Positions 11,649-24,682 of a stretch of DNA of 64,000 nt are shown piece by piece. Made by a program: the position numbers and the translations under genes. Within the stretch, counting starts at the first letter, position 1; every line of letters starts with the position of its first letter. This DNA comes from Takakia lepidozioides (lineage: Eukaryota > Plantae > Bryophyta): the NCBI GenBank assembly GCA_030704615.1, contig CM060731.1, positions 23,746,001 through 23,810,000 of the forward strand. Reading direction: 5' to 3'. The notes beneath the pieces are model-generated. The model was not told where the DNA came from. It saw nothing but the letters and a program-made list of their open reading frames with translations, and did not search any database.

Positions 11649-14600
11649 TTAATCTTGAAAATCATCCGAATCCTCATCATGTTCTAGACTGTCCTGCTCC
11701 GCCTCCACCCCCTCAGTGCCTTTCTCATCTCCAGCGGACTGCTCGTTGGCCAGGCTTTCGAAAATCCCATCTTCCCCTTGCGGAACTGTCCATCTCACCT
11801 CCGTTGGGTCGTCTTCCTCCCTGTCTGCGTCGCTCTCATCCGCTGAATCACATATGTACTTTCGTACCCGTCTACCTGTCTGAGCTGCTGCCAACTCTTT
11901 CCTTATCCTTCTGTCCTCCCTAGCCCTCTCCAAAATCTGCTCTACTTTACTGGGATTCTCACTTCTTCTAATCGCTGTATTTGCGAGTTTAGCTGCATAA
12001 CTAGGAAGGGAGTAGTCCCTCACCGGGCTTGTCATGAAGTTGGCCCTCGCAAAGAACGGGACATTCTTCCTGGCAGGAAGTGTAGGCCCTACATGTTTCG
12101 ACCCGGACCCTGCAATCCTGCACATGACAATCATCAACGAGACTAATGAGAACCACAGTCGGGAAATTCGTTTGACAAAAATGACCCAGAAGGCTTTGCA
12201 AACTTACAATGTTTGCACTCACTCGTATTCCGGGTTCTCCTCCGCATCAATGTCCACTGTGTCTTCCTCGGACTCCGACGAATCCGAGGAGACTTCCGCT
12301 CTGTCGGGAGCCTTAACATTCCGTTGCAGCCCTTCCAGATGGGATCCCCACACGGATGAATCCTCCTCGTAGGCAAGAGGTGCCAGTCGGAAAACCGCCC
12401 AGCCCACATTGAGGCACCTGTTACAATGCCATCCACACATTACCACATGGCGCTTCAGATGTTGCGAACTACATCCTAACGAGAATTTGCAAAACAGCAT
12501 AGATCAAGATTCTGCATACCTGTCCCACAGATGAGGTCGAGCATTGTGCCCTCCACGTCTGTGCATGTCTCCATAATTGTCTGAATGAAGGCAGGGCTCT
12601 GAGTCCGTGAGTACCGCAGGGGTTCCGTTGAAGTGAGGCTATGAGGGAGAAGTTCCTTGGGAACGTTGTTGAACAGAATGTCGTAATCGAGTGGGTCGTA
12701 GTTCGGGTCAACCTTTCCTCCCTCCTTCCGGAAAGCAAAGGTGGAGTTCTCCTTCACAAAGCAGTATGCATCGAACTGCTTCGTCTGCATACACAGGGGG
12801 AAAACGATTAGAAACCGAATGCGGCACCGCATTTGAAAACACCCAAGCAAATGAATGGACGAGTGCCAGTGTCGTAATCACCTTCTTCCCTTCCGACCGA
12901 AGGCCCAGTGTGTTGATGCACGTCCACTTCTTTTTCAGAATCGGGACGGCGCTCTTGCGGGTCCACTTCGCAATTCCTGTCTGAGTGTTTTTTCCTCTGC
13001 TCGCCAGGACAACCACACAGCCTCTGTCGTCCAACACCATGTGGGCAAGCCCGAATCCTTTCTTCCAAAAGTCCTCCGAATGCGGTGCCGCATTTCCGAG
13101 ACAAACCTCGTAACCAGGCTTCGCATACAAGGGCAGCTATGCTTCACCTGTAAACAATTCGCATTGCAGCTTTCCCCGCTCCCTCCTGATGTGTAAACTC
13201 CACGCTCCTTCTTGCTGTCTATAGCTCTCTGGCGAAAAGGTTGTCCTTGTACGCACATCTGAAACGTGTCACGTAGTCTTCCAATGTCTGTGTTCCATCC
13301 CATTTGACGTACAAGCCGAACGAATTTGTGTGCATTACGACTTGCTCCTTCGCATTCGACATTACCTGCGATTCCCAAATGCATTATCACGTAGCAGTTC
13401 AGGGAATTCATGTCAGAAAAGCAAATCTGGGGAAGTACCTTGAATTACCTGGAACCACCAAGTCATACGGTTGAGCCACACATCCACTGCAGGGTCAGAA
13501 ACTTCCAGTGGAAAAGACCACATTGTCCTTATGCTCTTGGATGCATTCCAGATCGACAGCCACCGTGTCTGCCATTTCCGATCCAATGTCAGGAGCTGGA
13601 AGAGAGTGGCTATTGCTAGGAAGGAACTTCAGTGCATTGAAACCTCACCTTCTCTTTCGCATCCACACATGCCGTTGAGAGGTGATGCAGTTTCTCCAAT
13701 TGCATGGTCGGCTGCATGGCCCGAGAATAGTGTTTTGCAATCTCGGGGATGAAGTCCTTTCCAAGTGCCGGATCTGCAATTGCCACCAGCTTCACAAGCT
13801 TTGACTTGTATTTGGTTCTGGACTTGACACCGGCTTCCTTCAAGTGCTCAGTCAATGACTGCAACGTTTTGACCTGCCCCTCACTTTCCATGAAGAAGCG
13901 TTTGGCATGGGCCAAATCCAGCTTGATGTTTGACTGCCAACAAAAACATGCAGAAGCGTTACATTCGATTCATGTGGAAACATTACTAAAAATTGGGGAA
14001 GGATGAGCAGAGGGAAATTGGAGGACGACTTACTTCGTATATCACCTCCACCATTCCATCCATAGTGAGACGATACCATGTCCGGTCTGTTTTTGCAACG
14101 GCTTTCTGAATGAGCTCGGGCTCCAGCATTTCCACAAACATCTGCGGATCAGTGAGACCAGTTTTCCTCACCCTGTACAGCATATGTGCCATGTGGGTAT
14201 GCACGTACGCATTCTCAGTGACCCTGCAAGGCACACTCTCCAGTTCAGTACACGGAAGCACGGAAACACACCAGAATGGAAACCGAAATGCGGCACCGCA
14301 TTTCGAACGTGCTAGGGAGGGTATGAGTATCTTACGAGTTGAGGTCCGCCATGGCATTCTTGAGCAGGGAGGAGTCTGCCGCCTTCACCTTCAGGATGAC
14401 ACACTCCACCATGTAATGCCAGCCAATGTGCTTGGCATGGTTCTGCTTGATGTACTCCCACCAGGCGAGAAGTCGGTGATTCCCGTCCCACACAAAGAAC
14501 ATTTTACCCGACATATGGCCGAAGTCTGGATCACCCTTCAGCGTCACCTCGAATTCGTCGTTGCGAGTGTGCCAGTGGGTATCCCACGTTGACAATTCAT

Positions 14601-15772
14601 CGGCAGTGGGTCCACGAGTTTCGCCGTCCTCATTCTCAATGGAAACGTAAAACGCTGCCGATCCCAGATGGTACCCTTATCGAAATGCGAACTTGAGCTT
14701 ATCCACATCTCCGGGAAGGGCCTGCCTGACGATGGGAAGGGAGACCATGCGACAGAGTGGGATTCGAAGAGTCCGCTGGAATACCCTGCTGCCCAGAACT
14801 CTGCCAATGCTACTGTGTGTCTCCTCCAACATTTTATCCGCTGCACTTTTGAAATCCTCCGGAGACATGTCTGTAGGTGCCGGTAGTGGCTGAGCAGCTG
14901 GAGCATCCTCAACTGGAGCTGCACTCTGGGGCCTGTCTGCGGGCAATTCTGCCATTGCAGAGGCCTCCTCCGGGCCTGCTTGCTCATCGGTGGTGAGGTC
15001 TTGCTGCGAACGTTGAGCGGCAGCACCCTCCTCCGGTACCAAATCGAGATCAACGGTCGATCCCATTGCCTTCGTTGCAGCAGAGTCGGCCCCAACATCT
15101 GCACGCGGGAAATCCTCCAGGAACTGAGCTTCAGCTCGTGGAAGCGGTTTTGCGGGAGATTGTTCGCCTGTCGCCCTGATTGCCTTCTGCTTCCTCATCC
15201 TTGCAGGTGAAGGTGTCTGCTGCAATTGAATCTGTCTTCTACCCTACTGCTTCATTCGCGTTGGGGGGGGTGAATCGGCCTGAGCCGGTTCAGAAGCCAG
15301 TAGAGGGACGGGCTGCTTCTTCTTCGACTTTGCTGGAGAAGGGCCCGACCCCTGCTGGCGATTCTCCATGACCGAAGAACGCGAGTCGATCTCTGGGGCT
15401 TTGAACTTGCCCTTCGAAGACGCGTCTTTGAATCGCACAGGGCTAGGCCCGACAGGAATACCCGCGCTCGGGGATCGGGTGGGTGTACGTGCTGCAGCTA
15501 GCTCCTCGGACTCTTCCTGCGGCTCTTCGGATTCCTGCGATCCCTCCAGCACGTCCACCTTTCCTGTTAGGCATGCAAACATGTTCTGCATTCAAGTCTC
15601 CTAGCATTCAGTCTAAGAATTACAGAAGCAAAATGGGGGGTTCGGTGCTCGATCAGCTGCGCGCAGCCCGATCGCATGGAGCTCTCACTGGTGGTTGGGT
15701 TGCCTGAGTGGCCTGCTGCTCGGAGATGGCAATCTCCTCCTGTAGACGCATCTGCTTCCTCCCCTTCGGCAT
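11649..15772 (-). pseudogene. Multi-exon ParB/Srx-like + beta-class DNA amino-methyltransferase-like fusion gene (outer MULE, disrupted)
   Basis: LRIPLCRMVSLPIVR..FFVWDGNHRLLAW (ParB-like DGxHR, about 14465-14490); VLDDRGCVVVL; TQSPAFIQTIMETCTDVEGTMLDLICGT|GASMWAGR (SAM-binding motif I-like). Colinear with the inner gene at 25538-31175; contains stops and frameshifts; exon limits approximate. Confidence 0.78.
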
Positions 15773-16208
15773 TGGCCTACGTCCGAAGTATAATTTTCGG
15801 AGCTTGCGACGAGGTCTCCTGTCTGGTGCACGAACTCCCCCCCTCTCAGGTTTGAGCATAAGAAGAACAGAGAGAGGGAAAAGGGGCAAAGAGTGCAGAT
15901 GGAAAGGGCGCGAGAGGGGTGACTGAGGAGACACGACAAAAGTAGATGAAACGGCGGTGATGCACCACTTGGGTTCGAAAGGGTTGGACGAAAGTGTCTC
16001 CTCGTGGAGTTTGCGTCATTACGAAATTCGAATCGTTCAGGGTACGCCTGCCGTCCGAAAAACAAACATCATTATCCAACGGTCAGGCCGCACCGCCTCA
16101 TGCCCCTTCAGTCAGATAGAGTGCCGACATGTGCAGCAATTCCGTTGCTCCACGTGTTCACATTTCAAGGCATTTCCGTCCCAGAGTTTGATCAGTTGGA
16201 GCGAAAAT

Positions 16209-17908
16209 GCGAATGCGGCGCCGCATTTCCGTTAAGTACCATCACGAAGCTACACATCCGTACTTGTTGGAAGAAAATGCGGCACCGCATTTCCGTTCCA
16301 CCTTCACATACCTTAGTTGTTGAACGGAAATACGGTGCCGCATTTCCGTCCCACAGCTCCATGTATGAGATTCAAAAGGGAAATGCGGCGCCGCATTTCC
16401 GCTCTGGAATGTCGAAAGGTGCGATTCCGACGGGAATGAGGCACAACATTTCAGTTCCCGTGGTTCATGATTTTCAATGTGAACGGAAATGCGGTACCGC
16501 ATTTCCGTTCCCCCTTCACATACGTTAGTTGATGAATGGAAATGCCGTGCCACATTTCCATTCGGGAAAGTATAGAGGTCTCACCTGGACAGAAATGCGG
16601 TGCCGCATTTCCGGTCTCGAAAGTTTGAAGGTCTCACATGGATGGAAATGCGGCAACACATTTCCGTAGCACAGCTCCAGGCCCCATATAGAAAACGGAA
16701 ATGCGGCGCCGCATTTCCGTTCTAGAATGTCGGAAGGTGCGACTCGGACGGAAATGCGGTGCCGCATTTCTGTTCCCGTTGCGCACGATTTTCAGTCAGA
16801 ACGGAAATGCGGTACCGCATTTCCGTTCTGTAGAGTATTAACGTCTGACGCTGGCGGAAATGCTGTGCCGCATTTTCGTTCCACAGCTCCATGCCTCACA
16901 TACAAAACAGAAATGCGGCGCCGCATTTCCGTTTTGGAATGTCGGAAGGTGCGACTCCGACGGAAATGCGGTACCGCATTTCAGTTCCGATGTTTCAGGA
17001 TATTTGATCAGAACGGAAATGCGGTGCCGCATTTCCCTTTTGAATCTAATACATTCCGTTTTGGAATGTTGGGAGGTGCGACTCGGATGGAAATGCGTTG
17101 CCGCATTTCAGTTCCGATGGTTCACAATTTTCAGTCAGAACGGAAATGCGGTACCGCATTTCCGTTCTGGAATGTTGGTAGGTGCGACTCGGATGGAAAT
17201 ACGCTGCCGCATTTCAGTTCAGATGCACGATTTTCAGTCAGAACGGAAATGCGGTACCGCATTTCCGTTCTGGATAGTATGAATGTCTCAAGCGGTCGAA
17301 TTGCGCTGTATGAAGCTGTCGGAATCGCACTCGGCTCCATGCATCAGATACAAAATGGAAATGCGGCGCCGCATTCCCGTTCTGGAATGTCGGAAAGTGC
17401 GACTCGAACAGAAATGCGGTGCCGCATTTATGTTCCCGTTGTTCATAATTCTCAATCAGAACAGAAATGCGGTACCGCATTTCCGTTCCACCTTCACATA
17501 CCGTGCTTGGTGGATGGAAATGCGGTACCGCATTTCCGTTATGGAGAGTATGAATGTCTTTTAAGGACGGAAATGTGCTGCAGCATTTCTATCCCTCAGC
17601 TCTATGCATCAGATACAAAATGGAAATGCGGCGCCGCATTTCCGTTCTGGAATGTCGGAAAAGTGCGACTCGGACGGAAATGCGGTGCCGCATTTCTGTT
17701 CCCGTTGTTCATAAATCTCAATCAGAACGGAAATGCGGTACCGCATTTCCGTTCCACCTTCACATACCGTGCTTGCTGGATGGAAATGCGTTACCGCATT
17801 TCCGTTCTGGAGAGTATAAAGGTTTCCCCGGACGGAAACTCGGTGCCGCATTTCCGTCGCTTTGGTGCATGACCAAGATGCAATACGGAAATGCGGCGCC
17901 GTATTTCC
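16209..17908. repeat. Array 2 of the 22-bp palindrome GGAAATGCGG-NN-CCGCATTTCC (about 30 copies, mostly 53-bp period)
   Basis: Core T at 16278, 16331, 16384, 16437, 16490, 16543, 16596, 16649, 16702, 16755, 16808, 16861, 16914, 16967, 17020, 17094, 17147 ... 17892; lies between the divergent ParB-MTase and transposase genes. Confidence 0.95.
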
Positions 17909-18337
17909 GTCCACCAGCAATCGAAAGAATCACTCGGGACGGGAAATCTGGAACCTGAATGGGTTGCATTGTTCCGAAACAACACAATTGCGGCCAGTCT
18001 TGATGAGCACAACTTGGTTGTCTGACCGTTTTAATTAACAGTACTGGCACTTGTCAGTGCGAACTTTCCTGTCTGCACCGAGAATACTGCTGGATCCACC
18101 CTCAGGAAAAACTGTCAGGAGATGTTATTTCGTCGCCGAATCGGCCATCATTGTCATACTTACTGGCTATGGAATCAAACCTCCCAACTTCATGCATGTA
18201 GCTTGAAAGAATACTTTCCACTTCAATGTGCGACTTCCAATCGTCGATGGACTCCGTAGATCCACTTAGATGGTGCCTGTGAGCCTTGGTCTGTCGCTAT
18301 ACTGAACCTCGCACTTGCCAACTCCGTGCGGTGTTCG

Positions 18338-20431
18338 ATGGCTCTGAATTCCTACGCTATAGTTTGCTGTCCTCCGCAACTTGGGAGAGCCTGGATCCCA
18401 AATGAGGGAGGACTTTGCAGAGTGACTGAAACTTACCTTTGTTCCAAATTCAAGCTCAAACCGGGCACAGTTTATTTGGAAGAAGAAAGGAAGGATGTTC
18501 CTGGACAGGTTGACGAGACCATTGTCGTGCTAGGTAACGACGGAGGTTGCGGAATCGAATGGCACGTTCCCCCGTCAGACACCATCCTGTACCGAGCTGT
18601 GGGAATGCCCATTCCCTTTCCGAATCAGTCGCTGCCCACACCATCCACAAAGGAGTCCGGAAACCGAGAGCCGGCCACTGCCAACAGAGAGGTATGCAAC
18701 GATAATCATTCCCGACCTGGACCGTCAAGACCCTCCATAGCTTCTCGTGTGGACGTATTCGACATTTCCGACGAGGAAGATGATTGCATTGAGGTACCCA
18801 TGTCCTCCACACGGTCGTTCAAATCCAGCATGGACGTCTCTGTCGGTGCTACGAATGTGCCCTCGAGCATAACTCCAACCCGGTCCATTGTGCAGCTCCT
18901 ACGACAACATCACCTCGATGGTTCTCGCTCCGAGCTGGCTGCTCTCAACTATGCCAAATTCCCAGTCAGAAAGGTAACTTTTCTGCCTCCCGAAGTCGAT
19001 GGCAATGTCATCTTCGAGTTTCCACCTGTTTCTTCGTCAAAGAAAGCCTCCGGGATGTTAACAGACATGGATTGAAAGCATGACGGACACCCCTGGTGTG
19101 TGACGAAGACCAGTAGCACGAAAATTGCTGATGGTGTTCGTGTACGATATGTCCTCTGTGCGGGGAAGCTGAGGTGCCTCAATCCCACCTGCTTCCACTT
19201 TCTCTCCAAAGGAGGGCGGAGAAACGAGACGGATTGGACTGGCACAACGCATCATCCATTCATTGTCTCCAGCCAAGCTCCTGCGGGTTCTTTCAAGTGT
19301 GCACATTGCAAAGAACCACCGACGTGCATGTCCATGTGCAGAGCCAAGCAATATTACGTAATCCATTTGCTCCCGGACTTGACTAGAGCTTGCATACACG
19401 TTGGGGTCCACTGCCACCCCTTGGCGAGAGGCAACATGCGTGAGGCTGTGCAGGAAGCACACGACATCATAAAAGAGGAGGTGAAATTGAGCCCCGGAGC
19501 CAGACCAAAGCAGATTCAGCTGAAGGCAGCCCACAAGATTGCTCTTGGCAAAATCATGTCTGAAGATGGTTCCGACCGAGAGCCCTTGACCGAAGACAAG
19601 ATGCGTGACCTCTTGGAGTCCGTCTCGCACGTTTGTAGTCCGAATGTGCGGAATCACATCGTATCTTGCAAGCAGGAGTTTGGCAGGGGGTCGGACATGT
19701 ACTCAATCCTGGAGGTGAAACGAATGACTGGATATGACTACATCCAAGGTAGCAGGTTTCCAGGGCAAGGCAGCGAATCCGATCGTTGTTACATTTTCAA
19801 AATGTCGACGTGTGGGCCTGGGAGTGGAGTCGACTTGGTCACTCGCATGACAACTGGAAACTTGTCGAATGCTTGGGTGATGTTTGATCACATCAAGCGA
19901 ATTACAAACCATCAGTGGGTGACTATGGGTGCGCATGTTTATGACTATCACTCCAAGAGGCTCATGACGATTGCAATCTACGAGATGAAAGGGGAGGACA
20001 CACAGTCCGAAATGCATCTGTGGGAGGGCATAAACCAGCAGATGGCAAGGGCGGGATTGCCAGAGCCCAATTTCAGGGGATTCATGGCAGACAACGCTCA
20101 GGCCAACTGGGCAGCGGTGCGGCGTGTGTACGGTGAGGACCCCAATGTTCCAATGGAGGGGAAAGAGAGATCCTGTGGATTCCATTGGATGCAGAGTCTA
20201 TCCCACTACACTACCAAATTTGTTGCTAGCTCATTCCAGGCTGAACACCGTGTCCTTTGTACGGCGTGGAAGGATGCACCCACATTTGATGACGCGGAGG
20301 TTAAGTTTGCTATCATCGAGGCTTGGTGGAACACGTCAGGTGCAGTGGAGACAACCAATCTGGGAGCATTGCACAGCTGGTTGGGGTGGTGGCATTTTCG
20401 GTATCGACAGTTCGGACAGTACATGCGGGAG
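18338..20431 (+). pseudogene. Outer MULE transposase exon 1 (GCM-like Zn finger plus first two catalytic Asp; internal stop at 19073)
   Basis: MD*KHDGHPW..CAGKLRCLNPTC..CAHC..C..GVHCHP; WVMFDHIKR; GFMADNAQANWAAVRRVY; CGFHW (CxxH); GT donor at 20432 and AG acceptor at 20513-20514. Confidence 0.85.
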
Positions 20432-21167
20432 GTAGGCTGCTGTCAATTTCGTTCATTTGTCTTTATGTTACGGACATTTCGATTGGTCCCTCACCATTGT
20501 TTGTGTCCTTCTAGGAGCAACGACGCAATGGCGTGAGCGTTGCACGTGAGCGCGCGAGCGTACGCTCACGCAGGAGTGACGTGGCGTGAGCGTACGCTCA
20601 CGCCAGCTGACGTGGCGTGAGCCTGCACACATGCTGACGTGGCGTGAGCGTCATGTCAGCATGCTGATGTGGCGGTAAATGATGACGTGGCACTGTCCGT
20701 CAACTGCCACGTCAGCATTAACATGCGCCGCCTATAACCGTGGATGGTCCTATGACCGTGGAATTAATGCAGGGAATCTTGCCTAAATAGAATCAAGACG
20801 AGCGTTGAGGCCTACAATTGCAGCATCCAACATTGTGCAATTACAAATGTTTGTTTCACTTTTACAATTACGAAGACGACAAAATATCCTCACAAAGTGT
20901 GCGCCATAAAGGCTGCCACGAGAAGACTTCCTCCCTCCTCAAATAACAATGAGAGTTATGATCATCTTCAAAAGATGATTGTAGTGCATAGCGACAGCAA
21001 GACATGTAGACTTCGAACGGTGCAATGACAAATGTGCACTACCTAAAAGTTGTCACTCAGACCTCACTCCGTATAGTTGGAGGCCATATCATTGCACAGC
21101 CGACGAATTGATGTGAATTACACATTTCAAATCATGGTCATCCACATACCACATTACATAGTTCATG

Positions 21168-24100
21168 CTACCCATGTGTTGTATCCCGCTGCAAAAGAGT
21201 ATCGACCTCGTTGAAACTCATAGTGGCCTGGTGAATGAAGTTGTCACGTTTGGGATCGCAAACCATCCTCCTCAAAAATATGAAATACAAATGTTTGCAG
21301 GGTATGAATTTACCTCTCTTGCCCAAACTGGTTGATAGCATATTCACAAAATCAGGACATGTGCAATTGGGGAAATTGGAAACCGTGATGTCGTAGGTCC
21401 TGTCATGAACAGCAGATGTGGAAGTGATGATTGTGAATACCCGACCATATCCTGGATCGGGTACTTCCGTGGTGCTTCCGACACGAGCTTGGAGCATTCT
21501 TGCGGACTCCACTTTGCCAAAGTGTTCAGCGGTTGGAGGGAAACGCCGAACGAGCTTTCCATCTCGTTTGGTTGGCCACAAGTCAGGATTTGCCGGGGGG
21601 ACCCGGGAGGACGCAGGAGTAGTAGCACATGCATGGAGTTGGGGTTGTCTCGCAAGGGAAAAACCTGCCTCCTCCAGCATTTCAATCTCCTGAAAGCTGA
21701 GATGTGTTCCCACCTTCACGGGCCAAACGGTTGGAGGAGATGGCTTCATCACTACGGAAGGACGCACAGTTCCATGCACACATCTGGCACAATCATCTGC
21801 GCAGAACCAGAACTTGTGGTTCTTGGCTTCTGGTTGACCGTATGGACGCATCAAGCCCGTGAAAGTCGGAGCAGGAGTTCGGGCACCACCTCTGGATATA
21901 GATGAAGTGCACTTCTCGAAATTAGTTGCCCTGATCGCTGTACATTTCACACGAGACCCGACACTTGTGCGTTCTATGTGCCAAACGTGGTCGGGGCATG
22001 CGGACTCAAGCACATCAAGGGGGTTGTTTCTCTCCTGCACCATTTCAGTGGCACGGTTTGATGCTGGAGCTTGCCGTCGTGTTGGAGGTTCCTCCACAAT
22101 GGAGGTTCCGGACACGGAGCTGTCATGCAGGGGAACACGAGGCTTCGAGAAGTTATCACGGTCTGCCCTGTGGGAATCTGAATCCGAACCAGGTGGAGTG
22201 TTCAATTTCCTCTTACAGGAGCCGAATCTCTCCTCCCCTTCAAGATGTGGAACTCTAGAAACAAGTGGCGTTCCCTGGGCATACATGCTCACCGCCCGTG
22301 CTATCTTGATTGGATCCCCAGATCTGTTTGCAGCACGCAACATCAACTCCGATTTGTCCGGACCCTTGCCACCAACCCCACCTCGTAAGAAATCACGGTA
22401 TCGGGTTTGTTGTTGCAAGGCACGTATCAAATCATCTGTTGTTGCCACATACAAATCCCGACCTCGTTTCCCAGACTGCTGCAACCATGCATTGTGCACA
22501 GTTTCTGCCAAATTGCAAGATGGCATGTCTGCCATTTCCTCAATGGACATGTTCTGCAAAGAGGATAACCACACTTCAGAATAGTGCACAGGAAACAACA
22601 TAAAGAAAGCAATGAGTCAAAAATATGGAAAGCAAATGTATGAATAAAGCATGAAATAGAAGCCTCGTACCATTGTCATGGCTGCTCCCCACTGTCTATA
22701 CCGGAAGTGCCAAAACGCCAGCCAATCTTCCAATGCTCTCATACTCTCAAGTGATGCAGCTCCAGAAGAGAACCACCAGGCACGAATTGTCTGGAACAAA
22801 GTGTCCGCCTCCTTCATTGTTCTAGCATCTTTGTACTCTTTGCACAATTTACGGTGCTGAGTCTGCATCTCTGGTTTGATGTCCGACTTTGTATGTTTTT
22901 CCAGAGATTGTGTCCAATGGAATAGACATGTACGCTCTCTTCCTGGCATAGGCACTTTTGGGTCGCCCGATCCGAAGACAATACGAATAGCATTGAAATT
23001 TGCTTGAGCACTATCCGCCATGAAACCTGCGAAATTTGGAGATGGCAGCCCATGGCAGCCCATGACACGTATCAGGGAATTCCACATGAGCTTCTGGGAT
23101 TCCGTATCCTCGGATTGCATGTCACAAACTGCAATTGTCATAACTCGTTGGTACACTGGATCGTAGACATGACAAGCCATTGTCGTCCAATCCTTCACTC
23201 GTTTCACATGATCAAACATAAGAAAACAGTTCTGCAAGTCCCCAGTCTTTGCATCCGCTTCACGAGGCTAACCCCACTGCCCTCCCCAACAGTCGACATT
23301 TTGAAAAGAAAAACTTTGATGGCACCTTGACCTGGGAATACATTGTCCTGGATGTAATCGTACTTGCTCAGTCGTTTCAATTCCAAAATATTGTCTATGT
23401 AGCCTCTGATCCCAGAGCCCATTCTCAATGCATTGATCTGATGCCGAATGTTAGGTGAACTTAAAGTGGAGAAATGATCCATGACCAGGTCCAATGCTGC
23501 ACCGTCAAGTTTAGTCCCCACAGAATCTCCTTCACTCAAAATATGGCTTTCCAAGAAGGACTTGCTTGCGCCAAGAGCAATTGCAGATGTTGTTGCGGAT
23601 GGGTTTCTCCCGAACTCCTGTTTGATCAACCTCGATACTGTCTCAACACTCTCCCTGTAATCCCCCTTCGAGACAGGATGGTTATGGAATCCAAAATGCA
23701 CACAAGCTCTCGTCATTGTATTCAAACGGTGGACAACATAGTACATTCTTGCTCCGCAGAGCGCCAAGCAGGATGGCACAAGTTTGCAGAATTTGCAGAC
23801 GAAAGTGTTTGCCGGTGGAGGGGCAGTCCCAGGCTGAAATGGATTCTCCGCCAGACCCTCCCATTCGCTTTGATTATGAACTCCAGACTGAAGAAAGTGT
23901 CTGCAATTCAAATTATCACACCTAAGGTGTCCATTGCAAACTGTCCTCCTGAAAACAAGCTTGTCATCATTCTGAATATTGGATGTTTTTGTTCTGCACC
24001 ACGGGTGCCCGTCGTGTTTCTTGTCCATTCCATGCATCATGATTGTTACACCTCCAACTCGCGGAGGAGGAGGCAGCTCGAATAGGATATCGCCATCAAA

Positions 24101-24682
24101 AGTCTCCGGCAAGAACTTCACAGGCACCTGCTTCAAAGATTCCCAATCAATTCCCCGCAACTCACTTTTGAATCCAGCCATTCCTCCCATCGCCCGCAAT
24201 TTTGGAATGACACTACAAATCTCTTCTTCATCAGCTTCTGCAACCACAGTAGGAAGGACTGGATTTGGAATTTCACTTATGTCATCATCGGAAGAATCCG
24301 AAAGCTCAACGATTGGAGTGGAGGAAGTCTGTTCTTTTTTCACCACCACCTCCCTCTTGTCTTCAACGACCGAAGCAGCAGTCCCGGGCGTCACATATGA
24401 CCCAAGGGACTTTCGCCGAGGCTCTCCAAGTACTCTGTATCGACCAGGACGCACTCTCCACTGGCTGATATGAGCCGTCTCATCACGGTTTTGGAAAGAA
24501 TATTTCACCAACTTCCCTTTCAGATCGTAAACCTCTTTCTCCAAAAAGATGGAGCCATTCTGCAGCTGAAAACGGGTAGCCAAGACATGTTCCAGAACAA
24601 TTGCAAATCCATTGTCAAGGACTTCCTGGGAGAACGGCACTGGTTTGTCGTCTGAGAAGAACTCCGCTTCAGAGGAAGCCAT
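21168..24682 (-). CDS. Inner MULE transposase (GCM-like Zn finger, DDE, Cys-rich domain, SWIM); 2 exons, one frameshift near 23240
   Basis: Exon 1 24682-22671, exon 2 22553-21168; KHDGHPW..CNGHLRC..GFHNHP; FLMFDHVKR; GFMADSAQANFNAIRIVF; CLFHW; CNLAETVHNAW; SWIM CTCPDF..CKHLYFI. Confidence 0.87.

Noticed and set aside
16727-17872. 381-aa ORF and overlapping ORFs with KCGTAFP / GNAAPHF / EMRCRIS repeats
   Set aside because: Translation artefacts of the palindrome array, open in several frames on both strands; the same applies to 10763-11536.
16209-17908. CRISPR array (palindromic repeat with ~31-bp spacers)
   Set aside because: Spacers are not unique (e.g. GTTCTGGAATGTCGGAAGGTGCGACTCGGAC-like linkers recur), repeats are degenerate, there are no cas genes, and the context is an intron-containing eukaryotic transposon.
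21859-22584. 241-aa plus-strand ORF (and similar antisense ORFs such as 19058-19657 and 23474-24085)
   Set aside because: Antisense shadows of the transposase genes with no motifs of their own.
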